From: Candidatus Sumerlaeaceae bacterium
GTDB lineage: Bacteria; Sumerlaeota; Sumerlaeia; Sumerlaeales; Sumerlaeaceae
Direction: 5' to 3'
Assembly (NCBI GenBank): GCA_049968255.1
Contig: JBMFRB010000001.1
Location: forward strand, 64,001-128,000
DNA: 64,000 nucleotides
The notes below the pieces were generated by a model, which had not been told where the DNA came from, ran no database searches, and saw nothing but the letters and a program-made list of their open reading frames with translations. The position numbers were made by a program, and so were the translations under genes. Position 1 is the stretch's first letter; each line of letters opens with the position of its first letter. Shown here one piece after another: positions 40,665-50,151 of this stretch.

Positions 40665-41504
40665 TCAGCGCTGATAAGCGACAGCTGCGTAGCCAACAAC
40701 GTAGTCTTCGCTCAGAGGGTGTGCCTCATAGCTGGTGGTGAGCGAAAGAACGGTGCCTCGCGTAGCTCCCAGGGTGCGAGCCATGAGCATCGCCGTGGTG
40801 ATAGGTCCAGCACCACATGCCATATACTCCCCGCTCTCAACGCCGGATGAAAATTCTATCGGTTCCAGCGCCGCGATCGCCCTCGCTGTGTGTTCACTCT
40901 CGCGATAAGCACGCTCGGCTCCTGGCCCATGATAAAGGTCCGAACTTGCCACGATGATCGTGGACTTGGGAAGCTTTTCCATGACGTTGAGCAGTGCCGT
41001 GGCTACCCGCTTGCAGTTCGAAAGCGAACGGTCGTAAATCACCACCGGCACTAGTTCGAAGTTCCTCAGTACATACTGGAGGAAGGGCAACTGCACTTCG
41101 AGTGAATGTTCGCGCCGCTCTGCGTCGGGATAGAAATCAAAGATATGGTGGTTCTCCAAAAGTTCAGCGACAAACTGGCGATCGAGCGGCACATTGCCGA
41201 ATGGCGTGGCAAAAGCCCTGCCGGGAAATACGCTCGCGCCGGGAAACGCAGCATAATGGCTGGGTGCTAACACAATAGCGCGTTCTATTGCGCGCTCTTC
41301 CAACAGCTTATAAGCGTGAGCCGCAGTCAGGCCACTGTAAATATATCCGGCGTGAGGCGACACGAGCGCGATAGGATCGATCTCGCGCGGCACCACGGCC
41401 GCACCAAAGAAACGATCGAGGAGCTGGCGCAACTCTGACGGATCAGAAGGGTAAAACCCGTAGTGCCCCGCGTTCACTGCAGGCCGAACTTCTGTGGTCC
41501 ACAT
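40665..41504 (-). CDS. AmmeMemoRadiSam protein B (MEMO1 family), stand-alone
   Basis: PHAGYIYSG, APSH, EHSLEVQLPFLQ, ASSDLYH, ACG-GP, VVGYAA. Confidence 0.9.
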   Translation of the reverse strand: MWTTEVRPAVNAGHYGFYPSDPSELRQLLDRFFGAAVVPREIDPIALVSPHAGYIYSGLTAAHAYKLLEERAIERAIVLAPSHYAAFPGASVFPGRAFATPFGNVPLDRQFVAELLENHHIFDFYPDAERREHSLEVQLPFLQYVLRNFELVPVVIYDRSLSNCKRVATALLNVMEKLPKSTIIVASSDLYHGPGAERAYRESEHTARAIAALEPIEFSSGVESGEYMACGAGPITTAMLMARTLGATRGTVLSLTTSYEAHPLSEDYVVGYAAVAYQR

Positions 41505-41612
41505 CGTGGCACCTCCGTGCGCTCGTGCTGTCTCTTCCTAGTAATTACCGCGGGAACAGTTTTTTTTGCAATCAGGAATAACAGCACTTGCCCGTAAAAG
41601 GCCAGAGGACGC

Positions 41613-42824
41613 TTACGCCCTGCTTACACTTTTTCCTGCGAAGCTCTGCGACCCACGGGCTAACACATATGAACCTATAACAAGCAGAGCGAAGATACCC
41701 CACATGATCAGATGATTGCGCCAGAGGACCTCGAGCGTGGCGCCGAGCAAACACGCAACCGAGAAGGGAAGGAGAACCTTCAAGCAGGCGAACATTACCT
41801 GGTCAATGCGAACACGTGGCAAAGTCCAGCGCAGCCACAACATGACAAAGAGCAAAACAGAGGTCTTGGCCAAAAGCTGGAACAGTCCAAGGAAGGGCCG
41901 ACCTGCTGCATCAAAAGGGAAATTCCAACCACCGAGGAAAAGGATCGAGGCGACAGCACTGAGCAGCACCATGACAGCATACTCAGCCAGAAAGAAAAAC
42001 GCAAAGCGCATCCCGCTGTATTCCGTATGGAAACCGCTCACAAGCTCGCTTTCCGCCTCCGGCAGATCAAAGGGTGCACGCTTGGCGCTTGCTAAACTGG
42101 CAACGTAGAACAGGAAAAATGCGAGGAAAGCCCACGGGGAGATGAGGACAAACGGGAGAATTCGTTGCTGATTCGCGATTTCAGTAAAATTAAGCGATCC
42201 CGCCAGCGTGACGATGACAAGAGCGCTGAGGCCGAGTGGAATCTCGTAGCTCATCATCTGAGCCGCAAGGCGCATTCCACCATAAAGCGACCACTTAGAA
42301 TTCGGGGCCCAACCAGCCATAACCACACCGATCACCTCGATAGACGCGAAAGCGAGCACAAAAAACAGTGCCAAATCCATGTTGGCGACGACAAGCTTAT
42401 CGGCAAAAGGGAGCGCAACAAAAGGAACTATCGCGCCCACGAGCACCAAGGTGGGCGCAAGCGAGAATAGCAGTTTGTGCGCCTGGGCGGGAACAATGTC
42501 TTCCTTCAGGAAAAGCTTTAGGCCGTCGGCAATACTCTGCAAAATGCCGTGCCACCCCACACGCATGGGACCGAGTCGACTCTGGATGTGGCCTGCGACC
42601 TTGCGCTCCAAGTAAACGAGAATCATAACTGCAAGGCTCACAAATGCGAGGATGACGGCGAATCCAATAAGAATCGTAATCACCGCCGCAAGACTATCTG
42701 GGATTTGAGCTCCGGGCCAGATCCGAACTGAAAACACGCTGTGCGGCGTGGCGAGGAATTGTTGAATTGCCGCGGCAAGATCGAGTGCCGGGCTCGGCTG
42801 ATCGCTAAGCAAAGGTGCTTGCAT
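41613..42824 (-). CDS. nuoH: NADH-quinone oxidoreductase subunit H
   Basis: ERKVAGHIQSRLGP, ADGLKLFLKE, SYEIP, RAPFDLPEAESELVSGFHTEYSG, LPRVRIDQ; SD GAGGT before ATG 42824. Confidence 0.95.
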   Translation of the reverse strand: MQAPLLSDQPSPALDLAAAIQQFLATPHSVFSVRIWPGAQIPDSLAAVITILIGFAVILAFVSLAVMILVYLERKVAGHIQSRLGPMRVGWHGILQSIADGLKLFLKEDIVPAQAHKLLFSLAPTLVLVGAIVPFVALPFADKLVVANMDLALFFVLAFASIEVIGVVMAGWAPNSKWSLYGGMRLAAQMMSYEIPLGLSALVIVTLAGSLNFTEIANQQRILPFVLISPWAFLAFFLFYVASLASAKRAPFDLPEAESELVSGFHTEYSGMRFAFFFLAEYAVMVLLSAVASILFLGGWNFPFDAAGRPFLGLFQLLAKTSVLLFVMLWLRWTLPRVRIDQVMFACLKVLLPFSVACLLGATLEVLWRNHLIMWGIFALLVIGSYVLARGSQSFAGKSVSRA

Positions 42825-42918
42825 TGCGGGACCTCGCACTAACAAGTGATTAAGGTAAGCTTATTCATTCAGATTGCCCAACATTGGCAAAGCCTTAAGG
42901 AAAAGCTTTGTGCCAACG

Positions 42919-44049
42919 CTATCCGCGTACAAGCCCACGTTGCTCTAATTCGCGGTGTGCTTGTTCAACTTTGTCCACAGCTTCCACACTGGCTGACCAC
43001 GCCACAAGGTCGCGCAATCCTTCTTCAAGGGGAATTCGTGCAGCCCATCCAAGGGCGTTGATCTTGGCGGGGTCGCCATAGCAATGGCGGATGTCCCCGG
43101 CGCGGAAGCGGCGGGTAACAAGCGGCTCGAGATCCTCACGCCCATTGAGCTTGGCAAGCAGCCGAGCCAGATCGAGAATCGAAGTGGGACGGCCTGTGCA
43201 AATGTTGTAAGCATCGAGGTTCGCGTTGGGATTCTCGAGCAGGAACAATTTCGCTTCGACGATGTCGCGCACGCAGATGAAATCCCGAACCTGTTTGCCA
43301 TCTTCGTAAATCAGAGGAGGGTTGCCATTTTTGATTCGTGAAAGGAAAATGGCGGCAGCGCCCGTGTAGGGATTCGACAGCGACTGCCGTGGGCCATAAA
43401 CGTTGAAGTAACGGCAAGCCACCACAGACAGGCGATGAGCTCGCCCCACAACAATGGTGTACTCTTCTTGATCCTTCTTGTTGAGCGCGTAAACAGAGGT
43501 GCAATAAAGGGGTTTTGTTTCGGGAGTGGGCACAGCCTGCAAAATCTCGCCGGTCTCGGGGTCGTGAACTTCGAAATCGTGGCGCTCAAGCTGCTCTTCA
43601 GGGCGAAGCATGGGGTAAACAATTTTGCCGTCAGAGGGTCGCCGATAGGCGCCCTCGCCATAGATACTCATCGAACTGGCGACGAGTAGGCGCTCGACAT
43701 GCTGGCATTCGTTGATGATGAGATCTAACAAGTTTGCTGTTCCGGTTGTGTTGACATCGGTGTAGCGAAGGATCTGATATTGAGATTGTCCCACTCCCAC
43801 CATCGCTGCATCGTGAATGACGGCGTCCACGCCATCGAGCGCCTTTTTCAGCACATCCCGGTCGCGCACGTCGCCGCGGATGAACTCGGCCTCTTTATTC
43901 AGGTAGTCGGGGGGCGTGTCGCGGTGCCCATGCACCTGCGGCTCAAGATTGTCGAGCACACGAACTTTATAGCCTCGTTCGACGAGTAAATCCACCATAT
44001 GTGAGCCGATGAAGCCAGCCCCACCTGTCACCAAAACACGGTTGAACAT
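42919..44049 (-). CDS. NAD-dependent epimerase/dehydratase (extended SDR)
   Basis: TGGAGFIG, SSMSIYG, YALNK, RYFNVYGP, NPYTG. Confidence 0.93.
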   Translation of the reverse strand: MFNRVLVTGGAGFIGSHMVDLLVERGYKVRVLDNLEPQVHGHRDTPPDYLNKEAEFIRGDVRDRDVLKKALDGVDAVIHDAAMVGVGQSQYQILRYTDVNTTGTANLLDLIINECQHVERLLVASSMSIYGEGAYRRPSDGKIVYPMLRPEEQLERHDFEVHDPETGEILQAVPTPETKPLYCTSVYALNKKDQEEYTIVVGRAHRLSVVACRYFNVYGPRQSLSNPYTGAAAIFLSRIKNGNPPLIYEDGKQVRDFICVRDIVEAKLFLLENPNANLDAYNICTGRPTSILDLARLLAKLNGREDLEPLVTRRFRAGDIRHCYGDPAKINALGWAARIPLEEGLRDLVAWSASVEAVDKVEQAHRELEQRGLVRG

Positions 44050-44190
44050 AGTTTCCAACTCCTCACGCTGGATGCGCGGCATTGTGCGCGCGCTTACACA
44101 TTCCATGCTGCACGCTATCGGGTGATAAGCGCACGGCAAGAGAGAAGTTTTATAGCGCCGGGTAGATCTCCTTGGCAGACACGGGAAGGC

Positions 44191-45504
44191 TTACCCTTTC
44201 CACACACCTGGGATCGGCGTCAGGCAATACTCGCAACGGCCATCGCGCAGGTGCATCGCCGTGACAGCAAAAATATCGCGTTCGACGATTGCTTTTTTGC
44301 AGTGGGGGCAAAACGTGGTTCCAGCGTCAGGAATCTCCATGACATTCCCAATATAGACGTAGCGCAAGCCTGCGGCACGTGCTTCATCGCGAGCGCGTTC
44401 GAGGATGGTGACGGGGGTCGGGGGTAAATGCGTGAGCCGATGCGCAGGATGAAAACGTGAAAAGTGCAGGGGAACATCCGGGCTAACCTCGTGGGCTAGC
44501 CACTCGCACATGCGACGGATGGTGGTAAGATTATCAGTGTACGTCGGCACAATAAGGTTGATGATCTCAACCCACACACCTTCCTCTCGCAGCGTTCGTA
44601 TGGCATCGAGCACCGGCTGAAGATGACCGGAGTTGAGCTTCATGTAGGTTGCCTCGTCGAAGCCTTTGAGGTCCACATGGGCTGCATCGAGATAACGCGC
44701 TAACTCGCGCAGTGGCTCGGTGCGAATGTATCCGCTTGTGACGAGGATATTTTTCACACCGGCGCTCCGAGCTTTTTGAGCGGTATCGTAGGTGTATTCG
44801 TACCATGCGACGGGCTCTGAATAGGTGTAGGATATAGAGGGGGAACCACTGGCCTTTGCCAAGGCGACGACGTCGTCGGGCGTCATTGTAAGCCTGGCTA
44901 ATTCTTCCAAGCTTGCCGGTGGGGGCGCGCCGGGACGAAAACGAAACTCTGGGCCGTCGGCTTTCTTTGTCTCCTCAGGGCGTTTTTGCGAGATCTCCCA
45001 ATTTTGGCAATTCATGCAACGCAGGACACAGCCAGCAATGGCGAGCGAGAACGTGCGGCTTCCTGGCAAAAAATGAAACAGCGGTTTTTTCTCCACAGGG
45101 TCTAAGTGGAACGAGCACGGGTTGCTGTAGGCGAGCGTATAGAGCGTGCCGCCGCGATTGATGCGCGTCCGGCAATGGCTGCGGTCGCCTGGTTCAAGCG
45201 CGCACCGATTGGGACAGATCGTGCATTGGACGTTCGCACCATCCTTACGGTAAAACATTGCCTCCCGAATCCACCCACGACGTTGCCACATTTCGAATGT
45301 GTTGTCGTCGGGCGCGCCCTTTTTGAAGACGCCCGGATTGTCCTGCGTGGCGTCTGTGATTGCTGACGAGCTGAAAAGCCATCCCCACGACGCGCTGGCC
45401 CAGCATGCCATTCCCCCAGCGATTCCAAGACGGAGCAGATCACGACGCGAAAGTAGAAGCTGTTCCCATCGCCTGTCGTCGCTTATGTTCTGGCGATCCT
45501 TCAT
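44191..45504 (-). CDS. AmmeMemoRadiSam radical SAM enzyme with twin-arginine signal
   Basis: SRRDLL + hydrophobic stretch; CTICPNRC, DPVEKKPLFHF, CVLRCMNCQNWEISQ, YTYSEP, HFSRFHP, CPHC..CEYC. Confidence 0.92.
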   Translation of the reverse strand: MKDRQNISDDRRWEQLLLSRRDLLRLGIAGGMACWASASWGWLFSSSAITDATQDNPGVFKKGAPDDNTFEMWQRRGWIREAMFYRKDGANVQCTICPNRCALEPGDRSHCRTRINRGGTLYTLAYSNPCSFHLDPVEKKPLFHFLPGSRTFSLAIAGCVLRCMNCQNWEISQKRPEETKKADGPEFRFRPGAPPPASLEELARLTMTPDDVVALAKASGSPSISYTYSEPVAWYEYTYDTAQKARSAGVKNILVTSGYIRTEPLRELARYLDAAHVDLKGFDEATYMKLNSGHLQPVLDAIRTLREEGVWVEIINLIVPTYTDNLTTIRRMCEWLAHEVSPDVPLHFSRFHPAHRLTHLPPTPVTILERARDEARAAGLRYVYIGNVMEIPDAGTTFCPHCKKAIVERDIFAVTAMHLRDGRCEYCLTPIPGVWKG

Positions 45505-45546
45505 TGCCGGTTTCCCTTACTAAATTACCCATGGCTGCAGGATTTC

Positions 45547-47766
45547 TCACAGCGATTCCGAACTTCTCGCAACCTGTCGGGGTGCTGCGACGAAAAAAGC
45601 TGTGGAAGCGAGAAATAAGCCACAGACTGCTGCGGGAATCATCATTCCTAATGCGGGGACGAATAAGGTGGCGAAGAGGACCGCCCCCAGTGCTCCGCCA
45701 ACAAAATCTGCAGAATAGAGCTGTGAAGCGCGTGCTGTGAGCTCCTGCTCAGCTATCCTACTGCATAGTGCAAAGACCGCGCCAGTGGCGGCGCCGAGCG
45801 CCAAGAGTTCGCCGGCAAAGAGCCACTCAACTAGCCAGATTCTCAGCTGTGACAGGTGTGGACGAGAGGCCATGCTATTGCAAATGAAGGGGAGAGCAAC
45901 CACAATCACCGCATGTGCGGCGGCCAATGCCGCATTAGACAAAAGGGAAATCAATAAGGCACGGTGCAACGCATCTACCCGCCGCGTGGCTCGCACACCT
46001 ATCGCCAACCCTGCCATGAACAGCGTGATGAGGAGTGCCGAGAGGTAGTAGAGAGTTCCCGCGACGGTTTGCACCGCGGCAAGGGCAAGATATTCTAGGC
46101 CCGAGGCGCTGAAACCTGTGGCGAAAACTGGCCACTGCAGACGGCGCATTCTCCACGCGTACATGAAGAGGATGACAAGCAACCCTGCCTCAAGAAGACC
46201 GAACCGAAAGCCATACTCGCGCAGCCATCTCCGCAGCGCGAAATGATTTGCAATGGGGAAGAAGTCCGCATTTTCGGGCGCATGCGCTGATTGCGCGCGT
46301 TCGAGTGCGGCGATTCGGTCAGGAGCAGCAACCGTGGCAGCCAAGAAACTTGGCCGCACGTAAACCGTGCGAAGGTTACGCTGCGCGAATGCACCTGCTA
46401 AATCGGTAGCAAGCGGCCTGTCGGAGGCGAGGAGCAAGATTAGGTCCGAGGGCAATAGGCGGACATGGTGAAACTCTGCACCAAATGCGCGAGACACCGA
46501 GGCAATAAGCTGTGCGCGAGGAGCATCGAAGTACTCCGTGTATTCGCCTAATGGCAATGCAATGACCCCTCCCGATTTCAATGCATCCCGCGCTGTGCGT
46601 GCAAATTCCCTCGTGAAATAGCGATTGGCGAGAAGTGTGGTTGGCAATGCTTCGTCCACAAGAATGACATCTATCTCGCTTCGATATCTTGCTAAAAAAT
46701 TGCGCGCGTCGTCGAGCACGACATGGACATGCGTGCCGCTTGCAAAGTCACCTCGATCGCTTAAAGCAGCCTCAAGTGCAGGATCGGGCTGGACGAATGT
46801 CACGTCGGCGACGCCATGTTGCTGAATCGCGACCAACACATCGCGTCGGGGCGGGCCAATCACCAGAACATGCTTCGGCGCAGGATGTGCCAACAGGGGC
46901 AAATGAACGAACTGCTCAACCGACTCCGGAGTATCGGTCGAAAACATTGGCGCCCCATTTCGGAAATAAGTGCGCTGCCCCCCTAGCTCGCTGACAATAA
47001 TTTGTCCGTACGGCGAACGGCCTTCAAACACAAGTTTGCCTGCGGGAATCAGCCAAGAAAGAGAAGGTCGTTCCATAAACGCCCCGACCACGAGCGCCAA
47101 CACGGCTAACGCGATCCAAGCGAAGCGGACGTCCATGAGCTTGCGCAAAGCGGGCAGCGGATCTGCGAGAGCTGCACTTACAAGCGCCACCGCGACAAGA
47201 GCTGACGTCTGCAAATGCCCCAACCACCGAGAGAGAACAAAAGCAAAAAGTACACCTCCGATTAGGCTACCCACAGCATCCAAGAGGTAGCTCTGGCTAA
47301 TGCCAAATTCCCTCTCATTGAGGGCAAGCCGCTGCGTGTTGCGCACAAGGAAAAAAGCGCTCAGCGAACAAAAAGGTATTTGGGCAAGTGTGGCGACGGT
47401 GAGCTGCGCCGACAACCCTAAGCCGCCCCCCGCCAGGAAAAGAGTATGGCGGGCCGAGCGCAGCGCAAGAATCGTCAACAATGGGAAAACCGCCAGCAGT
47501 GCCCAGAGCCACCGCTCGCCAACGCTAAGGCGGCCGGCACGGGGCGGACACCATCGCGCCAAGGCGCTGGCTAAACCACCAAAAAGAAGCCAGCTGCCAA
47601 GAGCGAGCCCGATGAGATATTCGTTGCCTCCGTAGGAGCCCATGAGCTCACGAAGAAGCGCGAACTGCACCCAAGGCGCTGTCAGCCCCAGGGCTAAGAT
47701 TTTCAGCCGAAGCTGACGCCCGCAAAAGCTTCCCCTGGTCGACGATGATGCGCTCTCGAACGCCAT
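45547..47766 (-). CDS. Fused multi-TM / spermidine-synthase-like membrane protein
   Basis: 7 N-terminal TM (RELM..YGGNE, YLLDAVG), SPYGQI, DDARNFL, NRYFTREF, C-terminal TM block (LYSADFVGG); ATG at 47766. Confidence 0.82.
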   Translation of the reverse strand: MAFESASSSTRGSFCGRQLRLKILALGLTAPWVQFALLRELMGSYGGNEYLIGLALGSWLLFGGLASALARWCPPRAGRLSVGERWLWALLAVFPLLTILALRSARHTLFLAGGGLGLSAQLTVATLAQIPFCSLSAFFLVRNTQRLALNEREFGISQSYLLDAVGSLIGGVLFAFVLSRWLGHLQTSALVAVALVSAALADPLPALRKLMDVRFAWIALAVLALVVGAFMERPSLSWLIPAGKLVFEGRSPYGQIIVSELGGQRTYFRNGAPMFSTDTPESVEQFVHLPLLAHPAPKHVLVIGPPRRDVLVAIQQHGVADVTFVQPDPALEAALSDRGDFASGTHVHVVLDDARNFLARYRSEIDVILVDEALPTTLLANRYFTREFARTARDALKSGGVIALPLGEYTEYFDAPRAQLIASVSRAFGAEFHHVRLLPSDLILLLASDRPLATDLAGAFAQRNLRTVYVRPSFLAATVAAPDRIAALERAQSAHAPENADFFPIANHFALRRWLREYGFRFGLLEAGLLVILFMYAWRMRRLQWPVFATGFSASGLEYLALAAVQTVAGTLYYLSALLITLFMAGLAIGVRATRRVDALHRALLISLLSNAALAAAHAVIVVALPFICNSMASRPHLSQLRIWLVEWLFAGELLALGAATGAVFALCSRIAEQELTARASQLYSADFVGGALGAVLFATLFVPALGMMIPAAVCGLFLASTAFFVAAPRQVARSSESL

Positions 47767-47782
47767 GTTCCGAGCCGCAGCG

Positions 47783-49426
47783 CTAACGGTGCTCGCCCTC
47801 GTGGAACGCCTGCACCTCATAGGTCATCACGCTGACGTTTGGTCCACGCCAAGCATCGGGCAGACGTCCCGCCTTCCGGCTAAGATGCGCAAGAAACATC
47901 TCTTTATCCGGAAGCTGCTCCCACACTTGAGGTAGGAATGTCGCCATGGCGGAGCCAATTTTCAGAACCACGCCATCGCGGTACGGTCGCAACTTTGCCA
48001 ACAAATCCTGGGGCGAGGAGAATTGGAGCGGCTTGGGCACCGTGAGGACGCTCACTTCGACCTCGATGCTCGGCAGCTCATAGGGTGTCACGGGCGAAAA
48101 GCGTGGATCCTCGAGCGCGGCCGCCCAGGAATTGTCTATGACAGCCAGATAAAGGGGTTCTTGCGGAAAGATGTGACCGATACACCCACGGAGTTCACCG
48201 TGCTTGGTCAGTGTGACAAAACATCCCTTCGGGACCTTGAGCGAAGCGGGTAACGTGGTGGCGTCCACTTGCAGGCGCTTGTGGGAGCGGACAGCTTCTT
48301 CAAGCGCTGCTCGGGCCAATCGCACGACGATTGCACCCTCCTCGTGCGTCAATGTCCCTGTCGTTTCTGAGTTCTTTGCTGCGCCAATGTTCGGTTCAAA
48401 AGAGGGGCCTACCCCATCATGTCCGCCTCCTTTCGATTTTATCTCCCGAGCAGGTTGTGCAGAATTCATGCCAGCGTCCTCGTAGAATGCGACTGCGGCG
48501 TAACCAACGACGCGCGCCTTGTCTCCCGCCGTGTCGCCACTATTGCGGTAGTCGAGGAGCACTGGACTCCAGCCAAAGTGCTTGGCCAGCTCCATCACGA
48601 CCATGATAGGAATTTTTCCACAAGCTTGCTGATCAGCCATGCGGCGCGTATCAAGGGAACATATTGCAGTGACACAGCTCGAATCCAGCCGCTGAGCTAT
48701 GTCATAAGGGTAGTAATGACTCAAATCGGAACTTGCAACGACGAGGGTATGAGCGTCGATGTACGGCGCCAGGGCTTTCGCGATCTCTTGGGGATCTGCC
48801 TCGCCGCACAGCAGAGGAACAAGTGTGAATTGGCTAAGCACGCGCTGAAGAAAAGGCAACTGTACTTCGAGAGAATGCTCGAAGGTGTCGGGGCGTAGAT
48901 CGTGCGAGGCCCCCTTCTGCCATGCAGGCACATGCATGCGTGCTTGCGGATGATATGAGAACGGCGGGTGGGCTGCAAGTTTGTCGCACAGCGGATCGAG
49001 ATTCACTCGGCCCAGCGGCGTTTGATAGTGCGCCGGTGTGATAGCCACGCCGCAGAATTCGGCATAGTGGCTAGGCGCAAGAATCATAACGCGCGAGAAA
49101 GCAGTCCCTTTTGCTGCAGCATAGGCCGTGGCTGCAACAGGGCCCGAGTACGGATAGCCTGCATGCGGGGCCACTAGAGCTCGCAAGCGCGACGTGGTCG
49201 TCGCAACATTCGCTTGCGCAAGCAAGCGATCAACAGTGGCCGCGAGTTCTGCACGGTCGGCGGGATAAAATGCCCCTGCCACGGCGGCCGATCTTACCAC
49301 CTCAAGTGGGATGCTGCAAGCTGTGGGTTCACCGGCTGCGCCAGAGAAAGAATAGCGGAGAAAAATAATAGGCACAAGAATCGCGATTGCCGCGAAGATG
49401 GAATGTTTCTGCAATTGGTTGCACAT
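47783..49426 (-). CDS. AmmeMemoRadiSam B-A fusion (MEMO + AMMECR1) with N-terminal signal/anchor
   Basis: PHAGYPYSG, EHSLEVQLPF, SSDLSHY, YRNSGD; then CFVTL...LRGCIG, DPRF, ATFLPQV. Confidence 0.92.
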   Translation of the reverse strand: MCNQLQKHSIFAAIAILVPIIFLRYSFSGAAGEPTACSIPLEVVRSAAVAGAFYPADRAELAATVDRLLAQANVATTTSRLRALVAPHAGYPYSGPVAATAYAAAKGTAFSRVMILAPSHYAEFCGVAITPAHYQTPLGRVNLDPLCDKLAAHPPFSYHPQARMHVPAWQKGASHDLRPDTFEHSLEVQLPFLQRVLSQFTLVPLLCGEADPQEIAKALAPYIDAHTLVVASSDLSHYYPYDIAQRLDSSCVTAICSLDTRRMADQQACGKIPIMVVMELAKHFGWSPVLLDYRNSGDTAGDKARVVGYAAVAFYEDAGMNSAQPAREIKSKGGGHDGVGPSFEPNIGAAKNSETTGTLTHEEGAIVVRLARAALEEAVRSHKRLQVDATTLPASLKVPKGCFVTLTKHGELRGCIGHIFPQEPLYLAVIDNSWAAALEDPRFSPVTPYELPSIEVEVSVLTVPKPLQFSSPQDLLAKLRPYRDGVVLKIGSAMATFLPQVWEQLPDKEMFLAHLSRKAGRLPDAWRGPNVSVMTYEVQAFHEGEHR

Positions 49427-49516
49427 CGCACGTCACCCCTCGCAATGTATGTTCTAACATTCAGACGCTTCGGCAAGAGTTTTCAAAAAGCATGTCGAGA
49501 AAAAGGACGAAGAGAC

Positions 49517-49957
49517 GTGTCGGAGTTCGGTGTGCGTGATGAAAAAGAGGAAGCACTGCGGGCAAAGATGGCCCGGCTCGGTATTCGCGAAGAAGACCTA
49601 GTCGAGAAATTCGTGCGGTCTGGTGGCCATGGCGGGCAAAAGCTCAACAAAACAGCGACTTGCGTTTATCTTCGCCACGTACCAACCGGTATGGAGGTCA
49701 AGTGCCAGCGGGAGCGCTCCCAAGCACTGAATCGTTTCTTGGCGCGGCGTATCCTCGTCGAAAAAATCGAGGCAGAACTCCTCGGCAGGAAAAGTGCTCG
49801 AGTGCAGAAGATTGAGAAGGCCCAACGCCAAAAGCGCAAGCGTGCCAAGCGCGCTGCAAAGAAACATGCTGCAGAGAAACATAAGGTGTTGGCATACGAA
49901 CCAGCCCCCAACGAAGACAAAAAAGCACAGACACCTCGCGCGGAGCCTGAGCCATGA
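49517..49957 (+). CDS. Short GGQ peptide-release-factor-like ribosome rescue protein
   Basis: FVRSGGHGGQKLNKT, HVPTG, CQRERSQ, basic tail; GTG start at 49517 after AAGGA. Confidence 0.88.
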   Translation: MSEFGVRDEKEEALRAKMARLGIREEDLVEKFVRSGGHGGQKLNKTATCVYLRHVPTGMEVKCQRERSQALNRFLARRILVEKIEAELLGRKSARVQKIEKAQRQKRKRAKRAAKKHAAEKHKVLAYEPAPNEDKKAQTPRAEPEP

Positions 49958-50151
49958 TAGTTGAATAGTTCAAAATTTCTTTTCTGTCTCTCCCCTGCCG
50001 TTGCAGTGGACACCACACTTTTCCTGACGAGGGGAAGTGCCCTCTACCTCCGGCCCTTCTTGCCTCTTTATCTTAACCTGCCTGACCGCAGGCGATTGAC
50101 GAGCTGCAGCTCATTCAGATCATTCGCCTTCCATCGTTGCCGGAGCCGTCG

